The notes: generated by a model from the sequence alone, not told the origin. A stretch of 64,000 nt of DNA from Acidobacteriota bacterium (GCA_040005235.1 JBDTZG010000017.1:1-64000), one strand, 5' to 3'. Shown: positions 52,392-62,260, counted from the first letter of the stretch. A program made the numbers and translations.

Positions 52392-53229
52392 CCGCGCGCA
52401 GGCCGGCGCGCCACTCGATCAGGCTTTTGATCACTAGGGTGATCAGGGCGAGCAGGGTAAGCAGCGAGGCGACCGCGAACGCGGCCGAGAAGGCGTATTC
52501 GTTGTAGAGGATCTCGACGTGAAGCGGCAGCGTGTTGGTGAGCCCCCGGATGTGGCCGGAGACTACCGAGACCGCGCCGAACTCCCCCATCGCCCGGGCG
52601 TTGCAGAGGATCACGCCGTAGAGCAGCCCCCAGCGGATCTTCGGCAGGCTAATGCGGGTAAAGGTCTGCCAGCCCGAAGCGCCGAGCGTGAGCGCGGCTT
52701 CTTCTTCGGCGCTCCCCTGCGATTGGAGCAGCGGCAGCAGCTCGCGCGCGATCATCGGCGCGGTGACGAAGATCGTCGCGAGCACGATGCCGGGAAGGGC
52801 GAAGATGATCTTCCAGTCGTGGTCGAACAGCCAGGGACCGAGCCAGCCGTGCAGGCCGAACAGCAGCACGAACATCATTCCCGCGATCACCGGCGAGACC
52901 GAAAACGGCACGTCGATCAGCGTGATCAGCAGGTTCTTTCCCGAGAAGCGAAACTTGGCGATCGCCCACGCCGCAGCGAGCCCGAACAGGAGGTTGATCG
53001 GCACCGCGAACGCCGCCGCGGAAAGCGTGAGGCGCACCGCAGAGAGCGCCTCCGGCGTCTGCACCGCGGCCCAGTAGACGGCGGTCCCCTCTTCGAACGC
53101 TTTGACGAATACGAGCGCGAGCGGCACGAGCAGGAACAGGCCGAGGAAGAGCAGCGCCGCGCCGATCAACAGGCGGCGGACCCACGGGCGCTCGGTGGTC
53201 GCGGGATGAGACGGTCGTTCTGAGGACAT
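52381..53229 (-). CDS. cysW: Sulfate ABC transporter permease CysW
   Basis: LIDVPFSVSPVIAG, EEEAALTLGASGWQTF, ARAMGEFGAVSVVSG, TLPLHVEILYNEY. Confidence 0.95.
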   Translation of the reverse strand: MSSERPSHPATTERPWVRRLLIGAALLFLGLFLLVPLALVFVKAFEEGTAVYWAAVQTPEALSAVRLTLSAAAFAVPINLLFGLAAAWAIAKFRFSGKNLLITLIDVPFSVSPVIAGMMFVLLFGLHGWLGPWLFDHDWKIIFALPGIVLATIFVTAPMIARELLPLLQSQGSAEEEAALTLGASGWQTFTRISLPKIRWGLLYGVILCNARAMGEFGAVSVVSGHIRGLTNTLPLHVEILYNEYAFSAAFAVASLLTLLALITLVIKSLIEWRAGLRAAKR

Positions 53230-53246
53230 AAGAAGAGTCCGCCCCG

Positions 53247-54143
53247 CTAGACCGCCGGCTCGGCCGGCAGCGCCCGGTTGTACCGAAGGGTGAGGAAGTT
53301 GATCGTGAGCAGCAATGCGAACGAGACCGACAGGAACACCGAGGCGATCGCGGTCGCCCCCGCGTAGTCGTACTGCTCCAGCTTGATCATGATCAGGAGC
53401 GGCGTGATCTCCGAGCGCATCGGCAGATTGCCGGCGATGAAGATCACCGAGCCGTATTCGCCGAGAGCGCGGGCGAACGCGAGAACGAAACCGGTCGCAG
53501 CGGCGGGCGCGATCTCCGGCAGCAGGACGCGGCGGAACAGCTGGCCGCGGGTTGCGCCGAGGGAGACCGCCGCCTCTTCGATCTCCGGATCGAGCCCGGC
53601 GAGCACCGGCTGCACCGTGCGGACGACGAACGGCAAGCCGATGAAAGTGAGCGCCACCAGAATGCCGAGAGGGGTATAGGCGATCTTGATCCCAAGCGGC
53701 GCCAGATATTGGCCGATCCAGCCGTTGCCCGAGTAGATCGAGGCGAGCGCGATGCCGGCGACTGCGGTGGGCAAAGCAAACGGCAGATCGACCATCGCAT
53801 CGACCAGCCGCCGCCCGGGAAATTCGTAGCGTTCGAGCACCCAGGCCACCAGCACGCCGAACACGACGTTGACGATCGCCGCGGCGAACGCGGTCACCAG
53901 GCTCAGCCGGTAGGCCGCGATCGTCCGGGGGTCGCTGATGATTTTCCAGAAGGCATCCCAAGTCAGCGAGGCGGTTTTCAAGAAGACGGCCGAGAGGGGG
54001 ATCAGGACGATCAGCGACAGATAGAGCAGCGTGAAGCCCATCGACAGTCCGAAGCCCGGCAGATTGCCGCGCTTGGGTCCGCGTCGCTTCGGTGCCGCCG
54101 CTAATGGAGCCAGGGCGCCCGTCCCGCTCTCAGGCATATACAT
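53247..54143 (-). CDS. cysT: Sulfate ABC transporter permease CysT
   Basis: LPGFGLSMGFTLLYLSLIVLIP, DLPFALPTAVAGI, ARALGEYGSVIFIAGN, KLEQYDY. Confidence 0.95.
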   Translation of the reverse strand: MYMPESGTGALAPLAAAPKRRGPKRGNLPGFGLSMGFTLLYLSLIVLIPLSAVFLKTASLTWDAFWKIISDPRTIAAYRLSLVTAFAAAIVNVVFGVLVAWVLERYEFPGRRLVDAMVDLPFALPTAVAGIALASIYSGNGWIGQYLAPLGIKIAYTPLGILVALTFIGLPFVVRTVQPVLAGLDPEIEEAAVSLGATRGQLFRRVLLPEIAPAAATGFVLAFARALGEYGSVIFIAGNLPMRSEITPLLIMIKLEQYDYAGATAIASVFLSVSFALLLTINFLTLRYNRALPAEPAV

Positions 54144-54146
54144 CGG

Positions 54147-55136
54147 CTACCGGCCCGCCTGATAGATCTGGTCGAACACCCCGCCGTCGGCGAAATGGGT
54201 TTTCTGCGCCTTGGCCCAGCCGCCGAACACCTCGTCGATCGTGAACAGATTCATCTTGGGAAACTGCGCGGCGTACTTAGCGGCGGCACCGGGGCCGCGC
54301 GGCCGGTAGTAATTGCGCGCAGCGATCTCCTGGCCCTCCGGGCTGTAGAGATATTCGAGATAGGCCTTCGCGAGCGCCTCGGTCTTGTGCTTCTTCGCCA
54401 CCTTGGCGACAACCGCGACCGGCGGCTCGGCGAGGATGCTCTTGGAGGGTGCCACGATCTCGAATTTGCCCTTGCCGAGCTTCTCGACCGAATAGATCGC
54501 CTCGTTTTCCCAGGCGATCAGCACGTCGCCGATGCCGCGCTCGACGAACGTCACGGTCGAGCCGCGGGCTCCGGTGTCGAGAATCGGCACGTTCTTGTAG
54601 ATCCGCGTCACCAGGTCCTTCGCCTTCGCCTCGTTGTTGCCATACTTGCCTAGGGCATAGCCCCAGGCGGCGAGGTAGTTCCAGCGCGCTCCGCCAGAGG
54701 TCTTGGGATTCGGCGTGATCACCGAGATGCCCGGCCGAGCGAGATCCTCCCAGTCGTGGATCTTTTTGGGGTTCCCCTTCCTCACCAGGAAGACGATGGT
54801 CGAGGTGTAGGGGGTGCTGTTATTCGGCAGCAGCTTCTGCCAGTTCGGGGGCAGCAGGCCGGAGGCCGCGATCGCGTCGATGTCGTAGGCGAGCGCCAGG
54901 GTGACGACGTCGGCTTCCAGCCCGTCGGAGACGGCGCGGGCCTGCTTGCCCGAGCCGCCGTGCGACTGCTGCACGGCAAGATCCTGGCCGGTCTTCGCCT
55001 TCCATTGCTTGGCGAACGCGGCGTTGAAATCCTGGTACAGCTCGCGGGTCGGGTCGTAAGAGACGTTTAAGAGGTTCACCGCCGCCGCGGGGAGCGCGGC
55101 GAGCAAAATCGTGAGAGCGAGCAGGGTTCTTCTCAT
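54147..55136 (-). CDS. sbp: Sulfate-binding periplasmic protein
   Basis: [42 protein letters not shown]. Confidence 0.95.
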   Translation of the reverse strand: MRRTLLALTILLAALPAAAVNLLNVSYDPTRELYQDFNAAFAKQWKAKTGQDLAVQQSHGGSGKQARAVSDGLEADVVTLALAYDIDAIAASGLLPPNWQKLLPNNSTPYTSTIVFLVRKGNPKKIHDWEDLARPGISVITPNPKTSGGARWNYLAAWGYALGKYGNNEAKAKDLVTRIYKNVPILDTGARGSTVTFVERGIGDVLIAWENEAIYSVEKLGKGKFEIVAPSKSILAEPPVAVVAKVAKKHKTEALAKAYLEYLYSPEGQEIAARNYYRPRGPGAAAKYAAQFPKMNLFTIDEVFGGWAKAQKTHFADGGVFDQIYQAGR

Positions 55137-55147
55137 GACGAAGGCTC

Positions 55148-56593
55148 CTAGAAGTTGATCTGGAAGCGGCTGAAGACGACCCTTTCATCGGGCCGGTCAC
55201 CGATTCCGGAAGGCGCCGAGACCGCCCCGCCTTCGAAGCGGGTTTGGGCGAGGTCGAACATCCAGCGCACGGAGCGGTTGAGGTACCAATTGAGCCCGAG
55301 GCTCCACGCCTTGGCGGAAGAAGCCGAGGAGGTCGGACTCGCGAACAGGGGAAACGCGTCGTCATCGACGTCGAGCTCGGAAAAGCGGCCGACCAGCTCG
55401 AACGCGCCCCAGGTCTTGGCCTTGGGGTCAAAGTTCTTCTTGGGTGCCACTCCGCGATAGCTCGGCGAGCCGCCAGCGATCACCCACGACCCCGCCACCT
55501 GCCAGGCCTTGTTTTCGAGATCCGTCGCGACCGCGCCGCGCCGCACCTCTTGCGAAGACGTCGTGTATTCCGACAGCAGGCCGAACCGGCTGCCGTACCA
55601 AGTGAGCTGCGGCAAGAGGCGCTTGCGGTCGCCGTTGGCCATCACGGTTCCGGCCGCGGTACCGTCGGAACGGTAGGAGAAAAAGGTTTGCTGGGCGTCC
55701 GTGCGGTAAGAGGGCAATCCCGTCGCGGTGAGGGTCCCGTTCTGCGTGCCTTGAGATGCCGCGACGCCGAAACCGAGACCGCGAAGGCCCAAGTTGTCCG
55801 ACTTGGCGAACGGGGTGAAGAACAGTCGGGCCGCCACGTCCTTGCCGCTGTTGCTGTCAAGGTCGCCGCCGTTGGCGCCATCGACGACGCCGTTCCACAC
55901 CCCGACCGCGTAAGTGGCCCGCCCCGCCGCGAGATCGCCCGAGACCTGAACCACGAGATCGCGGTTCGGCACCAGGTTGGTCGGCAGCGCGCGCTCGACG
56001 AAAAAGATGTCGGTCGCTCCTTGAAGCCGCTCGATCCCCACCGGCGGCTTGAACTTGCCCGCGCGAACCTTGAACGCGGGCGCGAAGCGGCCCTCGATAT
56101 AGGCATCGAACAGTACGCTGGTCCCCTGGCCGAAGTCGGGCATGATCCGGAAGTCGAACCGATCGAACACGGTCCCTTCAAAGATCGGCCGCGCCCGGCG
56201 GAGCAGGAAGGTATCGACGTTTGGGCGCGAGCGGTCGTCACTGAAAAAGCGGCCGTCGAACTGGACGTAGCCGCGCAGCTTGAGCACGTAGGCGCCGTCG
56301 GCGGATTTGAACGAGAATCCATCCTTGCCGCTGGTCACCGAAGTTGCGGTCTTCGCCTTCTCCGAGTCGCCTTCGTCTTTGATTTCCGTCTTCCGGTCGA
56401 GCACGCGGAGCTTCTGGTCGATCTCGTCGAGCCGCTCATCGACCGATTTGGGGGCTTCGTCGGCCGGCTCTGTCTCGGCCGGCGGCTCGGCGGGTGGAGT
56501 CGGCTCCTGTGCGCGCCCCGGTCCGCCGAAAGCTACGGCGGCGAGGGTCAAGGCAGACATGAAAAGAGGGAGCGAGGCGCTTCTAACCTTCAT
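55148..56593 (-). CDS. OprO/OprP-family anion-selective porin
   Basis: Signal peptide, coiled-coil N-terminus, [31 protein letters not shown], terminal RFQINF. Confidence 0.82.
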   Translation of the reverse strand: MKVRSASLPLFMSALTLAAVAFGGPGRAQEPTPPAEPPAETEPADEAPKSVDERLDEIDQKLRVLDRKTEIKDEGDSEKAKTATSVTSGKDGFSFKSADGAYVLKLRGYVQFDGRFFSDDRSRPNVDTFLLRRARPIFEGTVFDRFDFRIMPDFGQGTSVLFDAYIEGRFAPAFKVRAGKFKPPVGIERLQGATDIFFVERALPTNLVPNRDLVVQVSGDLAAGRATYAVGVWNGVVDGANGGDLDSNSGKDVAARLFFTPFAKSDNLGLRGLGFGVAASQGTQNGTLTATGLPSYRTDAQQTFFSYRSDGTAAGTVMANGDRKRLLPQLTWYGSRFGLLSEYTTSSQEVRRGAVATDLENKAWQVAGSWVIAGGSPSYRGVAPKKNFDPKAKTWGAFELVGRFSELDVDDDAFPLFASPTSSASSAKAWSLGLNWYLNRSVRWMFDLAQTRFEGGAVSAPSGIGDRPDERVVFSRFQINF

Positions 56594-56629
56594 CTGAAAT
56601 CTCCTGGGCTTTTTGCGGTCAAACGGGGG

Positions 56630-58552
56630 TCAAGGCATTCCCGCGCCGGAGCGGATGATCAACAGCGGCCGGCTCGCGTTTTCGATCAGTTCCGCGACGA
56701 GCCCTTCGAGCTTGATCGCGCGCCGCGCTCGGGCGAGCGGCGCACCCAGCACGATGACCGTCTGTTCGGAAGGAGAGGCCGCGGCGAGGATCTCGGTCTG
56801 CGCGTCGCCGCGGCGGATCAAGACGTCGGCCGCAACGCCAATGCGCCCGAGCGAGCGGACGCTCGCCGCGAGAAAGCGCTGGGCAAGCGCCGCCTCGGCC
56901 GCCATCGCCTCGGCCGGCAGAACGGTCAGTACGGTGGCCGTGGCGCCGAGATGGCGCGCGAGCCGTCCGGCGAACAGAACGTCCTCCTTGCCCGGCTCCC
57001 CCACGGCGACGCAAATCAAGAAATGGGTCGGCAGCTCAGGAGAAGCGGATTCCGGCACCGCCAGCAGATGGTGGCCGCCCGCGGCGAGCGCCCGCTCCGC
57101 CTGCTCGACGGCACCGCGGGCCGGCAAACCCAAGACGACCAGATCGACCGGCCGGCGCTCCACTTGATCGGCAACCGCCGTGGCCAGAAGCAAAGGCGAC
57201 GCGAATGCCTCGACCGAGGCGAGGCCGCTGCCCAGCCTCTCCTTCTCTTCTTGCAGACGCTCCTCGAAACCGCCGGCCGCGCGCTTGGCCCCTCGGCCCG
57301 AGTCGGATTCGGCGGCGCTCGCGAGCACGGTGACCCTGGCGTGCGCCATCCGGGCGATCCGGCCGCCGAGATCGGTCGCCGTGCGGGCCGCGGGCGAGCC
57401 GTCGGTCGCGAGCAACAGAGAGAGCCCCGGGTGGACGAGCGCGTGGATGCGCCGCACGCCCACCCAGGCCGGATCGCCCGGACGGAGCGGATAGCGGTAT
57501 GCCTGATGCTGGGAGCGGACCGCGTCGATCAGCACGTGCTCGCTGCCGAACGGCACGTCGGGCGCGATCGGCCGGACCCCGGCGAGGGGAGGAAGGCGAA
57601 GGCGCAGGCGTTCGGCGGCGCCGACCAGGGAGGTCTGCTCGACGATGGCCTTCCCGAGCAGCGGATAGCCGAGCGCCTCTTCGGACTCTTTGACCGCCAC
57701 GTCCTCGGGCCGAAACAACACCTGGACACGCCGCGGTTCGAATCCGCCATCTCCCCCCGCCGCCCGTCCGCCCTCGGTCGCGAGCGGAAACTCGACCGGC
57801 CCCAGGCGCACCCCGGCGCGCGTAGATTCGCCGACCATCAGGTTCGCGCTGCCCAAAAACGTCGCCACGAACTCGGTCTGCGGCCGCAGGTACAGCTCCT
57901 GCGGCGGCCCGGCTTCGAGCAGGCGGCCGAAGTTGAGCACCGCGAGCCGGTCGGCCAGCTCGAACGCCTCCTCCTGATCGTGGGTGACGAAGATCGTCGC
58001 GATTTGGAGCTCCCGCTGGATGCCGCGGATAGTCCGCCGCAGCTCCGTGCGGATACGTGCATCGAGCGCCCCGAACGGCTCGTCGAGCAGCAAAACCTCG
58101 GGCTCGTGCGCCAGCGCCCGGGCGAGCGCCACCCGCTGCTGCTGGCCGCCCGAAAGCTGCCGCGGCATCCGGCCGCCGAGCCCCGCCAATCCCACCAGCT
58201 CGAGCAGCTCGTCGCGCCGCCGCCGCCGATCCGCACGGCCGACCCTGCGGATCGAGAGTGCGAACTCGATATTTTCGGCCACCGACATGCCGCGAAACAG
58301 GGCGTAACTCTGGAAGACGAAACCCACGCCGCGCTTGCTCGCCGGCAGGTGCGTGACGTCGCGGCCATGGAGCAGAATGCGCCCGGCGTCCGCTTCGGCC
58401 AGGCCGGCGATCATCCGCAGCACCGTGCTCTTGCCGCTGCCGCTCGGGCCGAGCAAAACGAACAGCTCGCCGTCCGCTATTTCGAGCGACAGGTCGTGGA
58501 CCACCGAATGGCCCTGGTAGCGCTTGGTGAGCTGTTCGAGCACGATCGACAT
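56630..58552 (-). CDS. cysA: Sulfate ABC ATPase (CysA-like) fused to two C-terminal universal stress protein (USP)-like domains
   Basis: GPSGSGKST, LSGGQQQRVALARAL, LLLDEPFGALD, FVTHDQEEA; then LLLATDGSPAA..VDLVVLG and FLICVAVGEPG..RPLLII. Confidence 0.8.
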   Translation of the reverse strand: MSIVLEQLTKRYQGHSVVHDLSLEIADGELFVLLGPSGSGKSTVLRMIAGLAEADAGRILLHGRDVTHLPASKRGVGFVFQSYALFRGMSVAENIEFALSIRRVGRADRRRRRDELLELVGLAGLGGRMPRQLSGGQQQRVALARALAHEPEVLLLDEPFGALDARIRTELRRTIRGIQRELQIATIFVTHDQEEAFELADRLAVLNFGRLLEAGPPQELYLRPQTEFVATFLGSANLMVGESTRAGVRLGPVEFPLATEGGRAAGGDGGFEPRRVQVLFRPEDVAVKESEEALGYPLLGKAIVEQTSLVGAAERLRLRLPPLAGVRPIAPDVPFGSEHVLIDAVRSQHQAYRYPLRPGDPAWVGVRRIHALVHPGLSLLLATDGSPAARTATDLGGRIARMAHARVTVLASAAESDSGRGAKRAAGGFEERLQEEKERLGSGLASVEAFASPLLLATAVADQVERRPVDLVVLGLPARGAVEQAERALAAGGHHLLAVPESASPELPTHFLICVAVGEPGKEDVLFAGRLARHLGATATVLTVLPAEAMAAEAALAQRFLAASVRSLGRIGVAADVLIRRGDAQTEILAAASPSEQTVIVLGAPLARARRAIKLEGLVAELIENASRPLLIIRSGAGMP

Positions 58553-58644
58553 GACGAGGCGCATCGTAGGGATCGGCGGATACGATGTCGGTCGTTGGGC
58601 GGTGACATTTCGGACCGATTTCGTCACCACCCGGGAGGACCTCC

Positions 58645-59325
58645 ATGAACCGCTTCGCCCTGCTTCTCGTTTCGATCGCCTTTGGAATTTCACCTCTGGC
58701 GGCAGAGGACAAAACCCTTCCCCCCGGCTTCGTCGATCTCAGCCAGGCCGTTCCAGGAATCGTGCTCGACATCCGCTACACGGGCCCGCACAACTTCGTC
58801 GGCGTTCCCATCGACGGCTACGTCCGGCCGCGCGCCCTGCTCACCCACCTCGCGGCGGCGGCTCTGGCGAAGGCGCAGGAGGACCTCGCGCCGTTCGGCT
58901 TCGGCCTCAAGGTGTTCGACGCATACCGGCCGCAGCGCGCGGTCGATCACTTCGTCCGCTGGTCTCACGACGCCGCCGCCTTAACGGGCAAGGCGGAGTT
59001 CTATCCGCAGGTGGACAAGTCCAAGCTGTTCGAGCTCGGTTACATCGCCGAGAAATCGGGTCATTCGCGCGGCAGCACCGTCGATCTCACAATCGTCGTC
59101 CTGGCGGATGGCTCGGAGCTGGCAATGGGCAGCCCCTACGACCTGTTCGATCCGATCTCCTGGCCTGACAGCGCGAAAGTCTCACCCGAGGAGCGCGCGC
59201 ACCGGCTGCTGCTCCGCGAGGTGATGCTCCGCGCGGGTTTCAAGCCCTACGCCCAGGAGTGGTGGCATTTCACGCTGGAGGGCGAGCCCTTCCCGGAGAC
59301 CTACTTCGACTTCCCGGTGGAGTGA
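58645..59325 (+). CDS. D-Ala-D-Ala dipeptidase (VanX/DdpX, M15D), with signal peptide
   Basis: DIRY, FDAYRPQRA, SGHSRGSTVDLT (SxHxxGxAxD-like), EWWHF. Confidence 0.93.
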   Translation: MNRFALLLVSIAFGISPLAAEDKTLPPGFVDLSQAVPGIVLDIRYTGPHNFVGVPIDGYVRPRALLTHLAAAALAKAQEDLAPFGFGLKVFDAYRPQRAVDHFVRWSHDAAALTGKAEFYPQVDKSKLFELGYIAEKSGHSRGSTVDLTIVVLADGSELAMGSPYDLFDPISWPDSAKVSPEERAHRLLLREVMLRAGFKPYAQEWWHFTLEGEPFPETYFDFPVE

Positions 59326-59343
59326 GCCCAGGCATATCTCCCT

Positions 59344-59374
59344 TGTCAGAAACGCGCTCTCCGCAACGAAACCC
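59344..59374 (+). promoter_or_regulatory. Putative ECF promoter, copy 3 (upstream of subtilase 2)
   Basis: T-GTCAGAAACG-cgctctccgcaa-CGAAACCC, intergenic; CGAA starts 66 nt before the ATG at 59433. Confidence 0.65.
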
Positions 59375-59432
59375 GAAAGGCCCGCCAACCGATGGCGAGG
59401 CAACTTCCTTCGTTGATTTCAGGAGAGATGCC

Positions 59433-61466
59433 ATGTTTACCCGCACCCGCTGGTTCACCCTTCTTGCCCTCGTCCTGACAACGGCCCCGAGCCTTGCGGA
59501 CGAGATCTCGCTGGATCGTTCCCCCACAATGCGCGCCTGCTATACCTTCCGAAGCAATACCGAAGGGTACGACCTCGGCGCGCTCTTCCGCTCGAAGATC
59601 AAGGTCGGCGACGTTGCGGTGGTCGACAAATATTCCTGCTCCAACCGCCTCTGGCTCGCCCTCTCCGACGGCCCGACCTGCCCGAAGGTGGACGGCTGGA
59701 ACACCGCCTCGCTGTTCGGAGCCAGCCCGGCGCGCCGTCAACCGGGCCACCCCATCCGCTCGTTCTGCCGCTACGAAAGCCCCCGGAGTCCTTCCGGTTG
59801 CGCCATTGCGGCGCTTCAGGCGGAACCCAAGCTCCACGCCCTGGTCCATCGCTGCAACGTAGTCGAGGAGATCGCCACCGCCGAACCGGCCCGGCCGTCC
59901 AAAATCAACCTGGAACCGGAAGGCGCCTCGGCCCAGCTCGATGAGCTTCAGAGCTCAGAAATGGCGAGAAATTTCCTCTACGAAGTCGGGGCAGCCGATC
60001 TGCCGCATCCGGACCGCGAAGAGTCCAACGTCCGCTTGACTGTTCTCGACACGGTCGCGACCGGCGACGGGGCACCGGACAGCCTGCCCGCCGGCTGCAC
60101 CAACCATGGCTTCGGCCTCGCCCACATCGCCCAGAAGCTGACTTGCGACGACAAAGGTTGCGCCGCGGCACTCGGGACTCAGCTCGCGCTGCCGCTGTTG
60201 GATTCCGGCGGACGGGCGGTGGACGCCAGGTCGAATTGCGGCAACTCCGGCACTCCGGGAGACGTCGCGGTAGCGATCCGCGCCGCGGTCGACCGTTGGC
60301 TCGCGCTTCCGGGCGACCCGAAGAAGAGGCCGCACCTGATTCTCAATCTGTCGCTCGGATGGGATCCGAAAGTGCTCCACGAGCAACTCGGCGCGATCGA
60401 CCCCGAAGACCATCTGAACGCCGAAGAGCTGGCGGTCTATGACGCCCTCGCCTACGCCGCCGAACAGGGAGCGCTCACGATCTCGGCGGCCGGCAATGCG
60501 TTCGGCGGACCGACTCCCGAGCTGGGCCCCACCCTCCCCGCCGGTTGGTATGCCCACCCGCCGGAGGTATCACTGCTCCCTCCCAGCGACGACACGGTGA
60601 TCTGGGCGGTCGGCGGCGTGGCCCGCGGCGGCCAGCCTTTGGCCAACTCCCGGAAATTCTCCGAGCCCGGGCTGGTCACCTACGGCGATCACGCGGTGGT
60701 CAAGCTGCCGAAAGGGGGCTACACCCAACCTCTCACCGGCACCTCAGTCTCGGCGGCGGTCGCCTCGTCGGCCGCGGCGGTCGTTTGGCATTTGCGTCCC
60801 GAACTGTCGGGACGCGAGGTGATGGAGCTGCTTTCGAGCTCGGGGTCCGATCTCGGCCGCGGCGCCGTGCTCTACCGGAGCCACGGTACCGTCGACGCGG
60901 CCAAAGAGGCACCGCCCGGCGTCCGCCAGCTCGGCCTTTCGGCCGCGCTTCGAGCCGCGCTCGCACCGAAGGTGGCGTTGGCAAAGATCGAAGAAAATCG
61001 GATGGGCTGTCATTTGGTTCAGGTTCCGGCCGAGAAAGTTCCCGCCGTCTGCGCCAAGCGGACCTATTACACCTGCGACGGCGTGCCGCCGAGCTGCACG
61101 GCCGACGCGCTGCCGCCTAGGCCGGTGGCCGGCGGGGTGAGCACCCAGCCGGGGGCGAATCCCTGCCCCTCCTGCTCGCTCGGCGGCGGCGGCGGCACCA
61201 CGGCGGCGCTGCAGATCGAAATCGACTCCGACTGGCCGAACGGCTGCCTGACCGATCCAATGCTGGAGATCGAAACGCCGGACGGAACGAAGTTCGGCAT
61301 CCCGATATTGCTCGAAAAGCCGCTCTGCCCGAGCGACCAACTGATGGTCGACGATCTCGACCTTCCGACCTCGATCGCCTCGGCGCGGATCAGCTTCAAA
61401 TACGCCGAGGAGAGCTACTCGGTTCAAAGCACGGTCCAGATTTTGACCCAAACGGGGACCAAGTAG
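59433..61466 (+). CDS. Secreted S8 (subtilisin-like) serine protease, paralog 2
   Basis: AGGAG RBS; signal peptide; VRLTVLDT, NHGFGLAH, ILNLSLGW, SAAGN, LTGTSVSAAVAS; colinear with 46144-48150. Confidence 0.82.
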   Translation: MFTRTRWFTLLALVLTTAPSLADEISLDRSPTMRACYTFRSNTEGYDLGALFRSKIKVGDVAVVDKYSCSNRLWLALSDGPTCPKVDGWNTASLFGASPARRQPGHPIRSFCRYESPRSPSGCAIAALQAEPKLHALVHRCNVVEEIATAEPARPSKINLEPEGASAQLDELQSSEMARNFLYEVGAADLPHPDREESNVRLTVLDTVATGDGAPDSLPAGCTNHGFGLAHIAQKLTCDDKGCAAALGTQLALPLLDSGGRAVDARSNCGNSGTPGDVAVAIRAAVDRWLALPGDPKKRPHLILNLSLGWDPKVLHEQLGAIDPEDHLNAEELAVYDALAYAAEQGALTISAAGNAFGGPTPELGPTLPAGWYAHPPEVSLLPPSDDTVIWAVGGVARGGQPLANSRKFSEPGLVTYGDHAVVKLPKGGYTQPLTGTSVSAAVASSAAAVVWHLRPELSGREVMELLSSSGSDLGRGAVLYRSHGTVDAAKEAPPGVRQLGLSAALRAALAPKVALAKIEENRMGCHLVQVPAEKVPAVCAKRTYYTCDGVPPSCTADALPPRPVAGGVSTQPGANPCPSCSLGGGGGTTAALQIEIDSDWPNGCLTDPMLEIETPDGTKFGIPILLEKPLCPSDQLMVDDLDLPTSIASARISFKYAEESYSVQSTVQILTQTGTK

Positions 61467-61684
61467 GCGCGGGAGGTGCCCAGGGCCGGCGGCCTCGCCA
61501 CCCGAGGCCGCCGCATATCTTTTCGAATCCATCCCTTTAGGGGGTTTCACAGCCACCTCATCTGGTGTACGATCACGAGAAGCCATGACGTACGCTTCAA
61601 ACGAAACGCCGGATCGAGAGTCGTTCAAGAAAACGCTTTCGGTCGCCCCATAGGTCGCAGTCGAACCAGAGGAGTTGAACCACC

Positions 61685-62260
61685 ATGAAGAACCGGAAGC
61701 TTATTGTCCCTCTGTTGGCCCTCGCGTTGGTCGCGGTTGGTGCCGCGCAGTTGTACGCCGCCATCACCGTGTCGAGCACGAACGTGCCGCTCGCGATCCC
61801 CGATCTCGGCAACGTCAACAGCACCCTGTCGGTGGTTCCCTCCGGCACGATCACCGACGCGAACCTGACGGTCAACATCACCCACACCTGGAATGACGAC
61901 CTCGAGCTGCGGCTCACCAGCCCGGCCGTGGCGGCTCAGCTGCTGTGGGCGGATTGCGGCGGCAGCGGCGACAACCTGACCAACACGGTGATCGACAACG
62001 ACGCCGCCGGTCTCGCGAGCTGCACGTTCGCCGGTCAGCCGTTCACCGGCTCGTTCCAGCCGACCGATGGCGGTCCAGTTACGCCGATCGCCGCCACCGG
62101 CACCATGAACGCGTTCGACACCACCAACTCTGCCGGCACCTGGACGCTGAACGTGACCGACGACTCCTCGATCTGCACCGGCACGATCAACGCTTGGTCG
62201 ATCACCCTCGACGGCGCACCGCCGCTGCCGGTCGAGCTGATGAACTACGACGTGGGCTAG
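61685..62260 (+). CDS. Small secreted proprotein-convertase P-domain protein
   Basis: Signal peptide; PLAIPD, VNITHTWNDDLELRLTSP, GTWTLNVTD, GTINAWSITL; ends PLPVELMNYDVG. Confidence 0.85.
   Translation: MKNRKLIVPLLALALVAVGAAQLYAAITVSSTNVPLAIPDLGNVNSTLSVVPSGTITDANLTVNITHTWNDDLELRLTSPAVAAQLLWADCGGSGDNLTNTVIDNDAAGLASCTFAGQPFTGSFQPTDGGPVTPIAATGTMNAFDTTNSAGTWTLNVTDDSSICTGTINAWSITLDGAPPLPVELMNYDVG

Noticed and set aside
58645-59325. Vancomycin resistance locus
   Set aside because: Only a VanX/DdpX homolog with a signal peptide; no vanH, vanA or linked vanRS.
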